Shown: piece by piece, positions 55,707 through 64,000 of the stretch
Layout of the letters: every line of letters starts with the position of its first letter
How positions within the stretch are numbered: the first letter of the stretch is position 1
DNA from: an uncultured Planctomycetota bacterium
GTDB lineage: Bacteria > Planctomycetota > Planctomycetia > Pirellulales > Lacipirellulaceae
NCBI GenBank assembly: GCA_963719315.1
Contig: CAVRBU010000003.1
Span: forward strand, 288,001-352,000
DNA length: 64,000 nt
Direction: 5' to 3'
Translations under genes and position numbers: made by a program
The notes under the pieces: generated by a model
What the model was told of the DNA's origin: nothing
Databases searched by the model: none
What the model saw: only the letters and a program-made list of their open reading frames with translations

Positions 55707-56738
55707 ATGACTATTCTATCCACGCCGCCGCGCGTTGTCCGCCCCAGATTCAAGCCGCCGTATGCTTCGTGGCAGGACGCGATGAAGGACGCCGTGCGCG
55801 ATCCGGTTGAGTTGTGCCGACTACTTGATTTGCCGGAGGATTTCAAAGGGGCTGCTCGGGCAGCCGCGAACGCGTTTCCGCTGTTCGTTCCGCGAGGTTT
55901 TGTAGCCCGAATGCGGCCGGGTGACCCTGCCGATCCGCTGTTGCGGCAAGTTCTTCCGCGCGCCGACGAAATGGCGGAAGTGCCTGGCTTCGTGGCCGAC
56001 CCGGTGGACGATGCCGCGGCCACTCGGCAAGCCGGCCTGCTGCAAAAATACGAAGGCCGCGCGCTGTTGATCGCTACCGGCACCTGCGCAGTGCATTGTC
56101 GGTATTGCTTTCGCCGGCATTTTCCGTATGACGAAGCGCCCCGCTCGTTTGTCGAGTGGCAGCCAGCGCTCGATGAGATTGCGGCCGACACGTCACTTCG
56201 CGAAGTGATCTTGAGCGGCGGCGATCCGCTCACGCTCGTCGATGCGAAACTCGCGGAACTGGTCAAATGGTTGGAGCCAATCCCGCACTTGCGACGGTTG
56301 CGAATTCATACACGCTTGCCGATCGTGATTCCCGAACGAGTAACGGATGAGCTCGTGGCGATGCTCGGCGACACGCGGCTCACTCCGGTGGTCGTCCTAC
56401 ACGCGAACCATGCGAACGAGCTCGACCAGCAGGTTGCGGACGCCGTCGCCAAACTTGTCAACGTCGGCGTCATGCTCCTCAACCAGGCCGTGCTACTCGC
56501 AGGGGTGAACGACTCCGTCGAGGCGCAGGCCGCGCTTAGTGAACGGCTCATCGATATGCGCGTGATACCCTATTACTTGCACCAACTCGATCGCGTGGCC
56601 GGCGCGGCCCACTTCGAGGCGCCTGTCGCCACCGGTAGAAGAATAATTGAAGCGTTGCGGGCCCGTTTGCCCGGTTACGCCGTGCCGCGTTATGTTCAAG
56701 AAGTCGCGGGAGCCCCCAGCAAAACAGATTTATTGTGA
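55707..56738 (+). CDS. epmB: EF-P beta-lysylation protein (lysine 2,3-aminomutase-like)
   Basis: CAVHCRYCFRRHF, LSGGDPL, HTRLP, NQAVLL; divergent from efp. Confidence 0.93.
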   Translation: MTILSTPPRVVRPRFKPPYASWQDAMKDAVRDPVELCRLLDLPEDFKGAARAAANAFPLFVPRGFVARMRPGDPADPLLRQVLPRADEMAEVPGFVADPVDDAAATRQAGLLQKYEGRALLIATGTCAVHCRYCFRRHFPYDEAPRSFVEWQPALDEIAADTSLREVILSGGDPLTLVDAKLAELVKWLEPIPHLRRLRIHTRLPIVIPERVTDELVAMLGDTRLTPVVVLHANHANELDQQVADAVAKLVNVGVMLLNQAVLLAGVNDSVEAQAALSERLIDMRVIPYYLHQLDRVAGAAHFEAPVATGRRIIEALRARLPGYAVPRYVQEVAGAPSKTDLL

Positions 56739-56838
56739 TCTCTCGCAGTGGCGCAGTGGTCGCGGAGGCCTGGACTCAGTTCTCAGCGACCACTGCGCCT
56801 CTGCGAGAGACTGAATTGTACTCCAGCCAGATAAAATC

Positions 56839-57914
56839 GTGTCGGAACGGATGAGCATTTACGATTCTGCCGCTGTCGATCGGCTGCGGGCCGAGTTGAA
56901 ATTCGAGCCCCGGCGGCTGCGCGCGCTGAGGACGGCGTTCTTCAAGAAAAGCCTGGGCGCGGAAGCGGCGTTGGCTGAGCTGCCCGCCGATGTGCGAGAG
57001 CGATTTGCCGAACGCGTTGAGTTTCATTCGCTATCAATCGCTGAATCACGTAATTCGCAGCTTGATGGCGCGACGAAGCTGGTGTTGCGAACGCCGGCTG
57101 GTTATCTGATCGAAACGGTCATCATGCGGACCGGCACGGGCCGCGTGGCGCTGTGCGTATCTTCGCAAGTTGGCTGTGCGGCCACCTGTGAGTTTTGTGC
57201 CACCGGACAAATGGGCATCGCGAAAAGTTTGTCCGCCGCCGAAATTCTCGACCAGATCGTGTTAGCCGCCGAACGGATGCGCGTAGAGAGTCGCCCGGTG
57301 CGAAATATCGTCTTCATGGGGATGGGCGAGCCGTTTCACAACGAGGCGGTCATCTACGGCGCGGTGACCGCCCTGCTCTCGCCCGAATTATTTCACTATC
57401 CTCCCAACCGAATACTCATTTCCACCGTCGGCATTCCGGATGCAATGGTCCGCTGCGCGCGGCGGTTCCCGGCCGTCAACTTGGCGCTCAGCCTGCACAG
57501 CGTGCGGCAAGAGGTGCGCGAGCGGTTAATCCCGCTGGCGGCAAAATATCGGCTCGATGAACTGCGGGCCGCCGTTGCTCGTGTGAACGACATTCAGCAA
57601 AACACGGTCATGATCGAGTACCTGATGTTGGCCGGCGTGAACGATGCGGCCGAGGACGGCGCGAACTTGCCGCCTGGCTGCATGGTCTCAATGTTCACGT
57701 GAACCTGATTCCGTATAATCCGATCGCCACGGCGCCGCAGTTGCGCACGACCGAGCGGTCGGAGCGCGATGCGTTTGCCACGATCCTGCGTTCCGCCGGT
57801 TTCATCACGACGATTCGTTACTCGCTGGGCGCCGACATCGCGGCCGCCTGTGGGCAACTCGTGCGGGGTGAGAATCGCGAAACGGCCCGACAACAAGCAA
57901 TGGCAACACTTTGA
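56839..57914 (+). CDS. RlmN/Cfr-family radical SAM RNA methyltransferase, frameshift ~57660
   Basis: SSQVGC-x3-C-x-FCATG, MGMGEP, SLH, NLIPYN, AACGQL. Confidence 0.88.
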
Positions 57915-57915
57915 A

Positions 57916-58009
<94 letters not shown>

Positions 58010-58058
58010 TTTTGGAAGTGACGACGCCGAGGCCGAAAACTGCTATAAAGTTGGCATT

Positions 58059-58670
58059 ATGCAGGACATCATCGCCGGCGTTCGCACCTTTCAACGCGAC
58101 GTTTATCCTCAGTATCGCGAGCTGTTCGAGAAGCTCGCAGCCGGACAGTCGCCGGAAGCACTGGTAATCACGTGCAGCGATTCGCGCGTGGACCCGTTCT
58201 TGTTCACGCAGGCCCAGCCGGGGCAGCTGTTCGTCCTTCGCAACGCAGGAAATCTGGTGCCGAAATACGACGGTCTGATCGGCGGCGTGACGGCCACGAT
58301 CGAGTTCGCCGTCGTCGGCCTGCGCGTGCCGAATATTATCGTCTGCGGCCATTCGGAATGCGGCGCCATCCACGGTCTCTTGCATCCCGATTCGCTGCAG
58401 AACATGCCCCACGTGGCCGACTGGCTGGAGCATCATGCCCAACCCGTGCGCGAAATCCTGTCGCGCTCCGGCCGCCTCGGCGGCCCCGATGAAATGCAGC
58501 AGGCCGTCGATGCCAACGTGCTCGTACAGCTCGAAAACTTGAAAGCACATCCGTGCGTGGCCGACGGCCTCGCAGCGGGCCGCCTCGCACTGCACGGCTG
58601 GGTGTACGACATCCCCAGCGGCAACATTCGCACGTACGACGAACAATGGCAACAGTTCGCGGCGTTGTAG
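58059..58670 (+). CDS. beta-class carbonic anhydrase
   Basis: CSDSRV, RNAGN, GHSECGA. Confidence 0.95.
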   Translation: MQDIIAGVRTFQRDVYPQYRELFEKLAAGQSPEALVITCSDSRVDPFLFTQAQPGQLFVLRNAGNLVPKYDGLIGGVTATIEFAVVGLRVPNIIVCGHSECGAIHGLLHPDSLQNMPHVADWLEHHAQPVREILSRSGRLGGPDEMQQAVDANVLVQLENLKAHPCVADGLAAGRLALHGWVYDIPSGNIRTYDEQWQQFAAL

Positions 58671-58799
58671 CGACCGAGCAGTCGCACGGCCCTTCGTTAC
58701 TCGTCCACAGGGACGTCGATTTCCTCCAGGTTTACATCTAAACTCGGACGATGGCGGCGGACCCTCTGGACATGTCCGAATTTTGGCTAAAATGGCCCT

Positions 58800-59516
58800 A
58801 TGTCTAAAGGTGCCACGTCACATCAAATGCAGTTTCTTCGCCAGCTTGGCCACAAGGATGGTCAAAAGCTTACAAAGCAACAAGCATCTCAACTTATCGA
58901 CAAACTGCTTGCCGAAGAAACGGCGGCCGGCAAGACATTCCCCTGCCCTTACTGCAAAGCGAAATTTGGGCCCCGACCACGGCGGGAAAAGAAATGCCCA
59001 TCGTGCGGCAATACGATCATTCATTTATCAGGCAAGTACTACACCAAGGCACAAGCCGATAATAAATATCAAAAGGATTGGCTGAAAGAGTCGAGGCAGT
59101 GCACGAAGCAGGAGGTCGGTGACGATTGGAAAGAGGAACGCAAATACCGAAAAGAATTCGGCGAGCCGTTGATAGTGGGCTACTCGATTACTGCCGGGCC
59201 GAATTGTCCTCATGCGAAGCAACTTGAAGGGCTACTCGTATTAATTGAGGATGCTTACGACAACCTGGATTTATTACCGCCATTCGAGGAATGCAAACAT
59301 GATTTATGCGAATGCGAATTCACGGCAGTAATGCACGGGGAAGTCAAAAAGGGAACGCGAGTAGCGGAATTCAATGACTCCAGATTGCAGGCGAAATTGA
59401 CCACCCGCAGAACTTCGCCGGTGGGAATTGAGAGTCGAAAAAAGTCGGGTGGCTGCTTGTCGGTTGTGGTTGTCGGACTTCTACTGCTCGCAGGTGTTGT
59501 CTTGCGGATAGTGTAG
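58800..59516 (+). CDS. hypothetical Cys-rich protein with C-terminal TM
   Basis: CPYC, CPSC, CPH...C-x4-C-x-C, GGCL plus hydrophobic tail. Confidence 0.75.
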   Translation: MSKGATSHQMQFLRQLGHKDGQKLTKQQASQLIDKLLAEETAAGKTFPCPYCKAKFGPRPRREKKCPSCGNTIIHLSGKYYTKAQADNKYQKDWLKESRQCTKQEVGDDWKEERKYRKEFGEPLIVGYSITAGPNCPHAKQLEGLLVLIEDAYDNLDLLPPFEECKHDLCECEFTAVMHGEVKKGTRVAEFNDSRLQAKLTTRRTSPVGIESRKKSGGCLSVVVVGLLLLAGVVLRIV

Positions 59517-59529
59517 AGGGAAAAGGGAT

Positions 59530-59904
59530 ATGCAACGCGACATGGAACTAATTCGAAAGATCATGCTGGCAGTTGAACAGCATGAACACGGCTTTGCCCC
59601 AGGAGATTTAAAAATCGAGGGGAGCACCGACGAACAAGTTGGCTACCATTGCTATTTGCTTGGCGACGCTGAATTAGCCGAGGTTGTCGAAATAGAGAGA
59701 CGGGGAGCTGAAAGCCCCTACGCTGTACTGCGTAAATTGACGTGGAAGGGACACGAATTCCTGGACGTATCCAAGGACGACACTACATGGGAAAAAGCAA
59801 AGCAACGTCTAACAGCCGCCGGCAAGAGTTTGCATTCAGTGACGCTCGGTGTCTTGCAGAGCCTGTTGACCGAGGTGGCAAAGCAGCAACTTGGAATCCC
59901 ATAG
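59530..59904 (+). CDS. DUF2513-domain protein
   Basis: RDMELIRKI, YH-x-YLL-x-DA, LTWKGHEFLD. Confidence 0.9.
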   Translation: MQRDMELIRKIMLAVEQHEHGFAPGDLKIEGSTDEQVGYHCYLLGDAELAEVVEIERRGAESPYAVLRKLTWKGHEFLDVSKDDTTWEKAKQRLTAAGKSLHSVTLGVLQSLLTEVAKQQLGIP

Positions 59905-59947
59905 GCTGGTTTATTGCCAAGCCCACCGCCAAGTGCCTGCTCCGATT

Positions 59948-60061
59948 GTAGCAGGCACGCTCCGTCGTGCCGTAGCAGCGCTGCGAATTGCGTCCGCAAT
60001 CGCGCACACGAGTAATCCACGAACCCGGCTTCAGTTACGGCACACGGAGTGTGCCTACTAC
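59948..60061. repeat. GTAG-type REP doublet
   Basis: GTAGCAGGCACGCTCCGTCGTGCCGTA...TACGGCACACGGAGTGTGCCTACTAC. Confidence 0.8.
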
Positions 60062-60063
60062 AT

Positions 60064-61886
<1,823 letters not shown>

Positions 61887-61993
61887 GGGATAAGCCGTGG
61901 TTCGTGGAGAATGGACGAATGATGAAACGAGAACCTCAATATGGTAAAATGGAGGCTGAACCGCAAGCGTTTCACATCGTCGCGCATAAGATC

Positions 61994-62833
61994 ATGAAAT
62001 TCGCAATCTGTAATGAAACGTTCGGCAACCGGTCGTTTGCCGACACATTTTCCACAATCCGCAAACTCGGTTACACGGGCGTCGAAATCGCGCCGTTTAC
62101 GTTTGCGCCCGGCGATGAGCCGTTCGATCTCCGCAAGATACCGGCCGAGCGAATTGTTGAAACGCGGACGATGGCCGAAGAGGCAGGGCTCGAGATCATC
62201 GGTCTTCACTGGTTGCTCGCAAAAACCGATGGCTACTATCTTACGAGCCCCGACCCGACCGTGCGGCGACGCACGGGCGAGTATCTGCAACTGCTGGCGG
62301 AGGTGTGCGCTGACCTGGGCGGCAAGATCATGGTGCTCGGCTCGCCGAAGCAGCGAAATCTGTTGCCGGGCGTTTCGTATGAGGATGCCGAGGGATATGC
62401 GGTCGAAGTGCTGCATTCGGCAGTCGCCGGCTGCACTCAATATGGCGTAACGATCGGGCTGGAACCGCTGGGGCCGGCCGAGGGCGATTTCATGCTGACA
62501 GCCGAGTCCGGGATCCGCCTGGCGAAAATGGTGGGCTCGCCCCACTGCAAACTGCATCTCGACGTGAAGGCGATGTCCAGCGAGAGCAAGCCGATTCCGG
62601 ACATTATCCGCGACAGCCGCGAGTGGATGATCCACTTTCATGCGAACGACCCGAACCTGCTGGGCCCCGGCATGGGTGACGTGGACTTCCGGCCGATCTT
62701 TGCGGCGCTCAAGGAAATCAACTACGCCGGTTGGGTCAGCGTCGAAGTGTTCAAGTACGAACCGAGCCCAGACGAGATCGCGCGGGAGAGCATCGAATAC
62801 ATGCGGAAGGTTTCAGGAACCGGTAAGCGATGA
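61994..62833 (+). CDS. sugar phosphate isomerase/epimerase (AP_endonuc_2)
   Basis: MKFAICNE, GVEIAPF, LEPL, HFHAND, VSVEVF. Confidence 0.9.
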   Translation: MKFAICNETFGNRSFADTFSTIRKLGYTGVEIAPFTFAPGDEPFDLRKIPAERIVETRTMAEEAGLEIIGLHWLLAKTDGYYLTSPDPTVRRRTGEYLQLLAEVCADLGGKIMVLGSPKQRNLLPGVSYEDAEGYAVEVLHSAVAGCTQYGVTIGLEPLGPAEGDFMLTAESGIRLAKMVGSPHCKLHLDVKAMSSESKPIPDIIRDSREWMIHFHANDPNLLGPGMGDVDFRPIFAALKEINYAGWVSVEVFKYEPSPDEIARESIEYMRKVSGTGKR

Positions 62834-62838
62834 TTCGA

Positions 62839-63099
62839 TTAGTTGGCAACTACACGAACTGACCAAATAGTTACCGTTCGATCTTTGTCATCGACCGTGA
62901 ACAGAACTTGAAGTGGCGGAACGAGGAACCGCCGCAATCCTTCGCGCACCTCTTCGCCCTTGCCGGACGCATCCATAGCGAGTTGGTGATCGATTTCATC
63001 GCCAGACTTTGCAATGGCAGGACGGTTAGTCGCGCCAAGTCACTCGCTGGCCAAATCCTCCAATGCTTCGCGCGTATACGTTACCGTGTACCGGATCAT
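62839..63099 (-). pseudogene. putative RelE/ParE-like toxin (unnamed family, copy 3) with in-frame TGA at 63040-63042
   Basis: Manual translation MIRYTVTYTREALEDLASE*LGATNRPAIAKSGDEIDHQLAMDASGKGEEVREGLRRFLVPPLQVLFTVDDKDRTVTIWSVRVVAN aligns with 12840. Confidence 0.8.
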
Positions 63100-63344
63100 T
63101 CATTGGCCAATGAGTGAAGGTGCTCTTTCACTTCGGCCCAATTGTAGCGCGTGCCGTCGTCGTTGACCATCCTGCGCTTAAGCGCTGACAAATACTCGGC
63201 CGACATCTCGAGCGGAACCGTATCGTCCGCCTGAACTGGCGCAATTTGACCAACGGTTCGTCCCCGGGAATCGACCAAAGTTACTAATGGCCCGGCGTCC
63301 GCAATTGCCCGAGCCAACTCGTCGGTAACGGTAATTTGAACCAT
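63096..63344 (-). CDS. putative antitoxin (unnamed family, copy 3)
   Basis: ITV-x-DEL...VTLVDSRGRTVG motif, GGAG RBS, ATGA overlap. Confidence 0.65.
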   Translation of the reverse strand: MVQITVTDELARAIADAGPLVTLVDSRGRTVGQIAPVQADDTVPLEMSAEYLSALKRRMVNDDGTRYNWAEVKEHLHSLANE

Positions 63345-63484
63345 GGTGATTCTCCCGCGCTGGCATCGGCCCCAGCAAATTCAGCACTCAGCGATGCGCG
63401 TTAACGATAATCGCGCAATTGTGGATTCCCATAATGCCAATTATACAATGACCAAACTCGAGCAACAAACATTCTTGGAACACT

Positions 63485-63883
63485 TCACGCGCTCGCCGCG
63501 CGCAGCTCGGCCAGATGCTGGGCCGAGCCGATCAGCCGGTCCCAGTTTTCTTGAATGTACTCGGGCGGGCCGCCGATCTCAGCCACCACCACCGCCACGT
63601 TTTCGGTGGGCACCATTTCGATTGCGTCCCAAGGGCAGACCAGCAACTCGTACGGATTCGACTTCTTCTGCGGAATGTGGACGCACACTTCGCAGCCCAC
63701 GCACCGCTCCAGATCGATTTCGCACCATTGTTGCGTGCCCTTCACGATGCCACGGTCGATTTTCTTGATCTCGATGCAATCGACCGGGCACACTTCAAGG
63801 CACGACTCGCAGCCCGTGCAATTGTCGGCGTTGATGACGGCCAGCTCTTTGGGAACTTTCTTGCGTGGTCCTTCTTTGGCCAT
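63485..63883 (-). CDS. 2x[4Fe-4S] ferredoxin-like protein
   Basis: CTGCESCLEVCP and CVGCEVC-(insert)-CP. Confidence 0.88.
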   Translation of the reverse strand: MAKEGPRKKVPKELAVINADNCTGCESCLEVCPVDCIEIKKIDRGIVKGTQQWCEIDLERCVGCEVCVHIPQKKSNPYELLVCPWDAIEMVPTENVAVVVAEIGGPPEYIQENWDRLIGSAQHLAELRAASA

Positions 63884-64000
63884 GGGAGGGTTGAGGGCTG
63901 AGGGTCTAGGGTCGAGGGCCAGAAGATCGCAAAGGACACAATAGCCGCGGTCTTACAGGCCGCAGGTCACTTTGTGAAATCTATCACAATCTTAGGCTAC

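Noticed and set aside
57650..57700. Programmed frameshifts in the RlmN-like, rarA, MTase and isomerase genes
   Set aside because: No slippery motifs; isolated 1-bp losses match the window-wide sequencing-error pattern

Overview
High-GC bacterial chromosome segment, most likely a Planctomycete of the Pirellulales type (inferred from DUF1559 prepilin-like, DUF1570-like and sulfatase genes and the style of the intergenic repeats). The housekeeping backbone includes a DinG-like helicase, thiS/thiG, tRNA-His, pepF, fabH, pyrE, rarA, glyA, a PII protein, thyA-folA-tag, epmA/efp/epmB, an RlmN-like gene and a carbonic anhydrase. Accessory content: (i) an integron remnant at ~13.7-20.0 kb with a truncated intI, a candidate attI, five attC sites, minus-strand cassettes and two IS insertions; (ii) six toxin-antitoxin-like pairs, three belonging to one family I cannot name; (iii) many REP-like palindromes and 7/8/9-mer tandem repeats, some apparently inside coding sequences; (iv) four accessory reading frames broken by an in-frame TGA, three at positions where Trp is expected; (v) an orphan DNA methyltransferase fused to a repeat region and a GIY-YIG-like domain. 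Many single-base frameshifts, densest at 20-26 kb, look like uncorrected long-read errors, so frameshift and pseudogene calls need read-level checking. All family assignments come from motif recognition by eye, not database searches.
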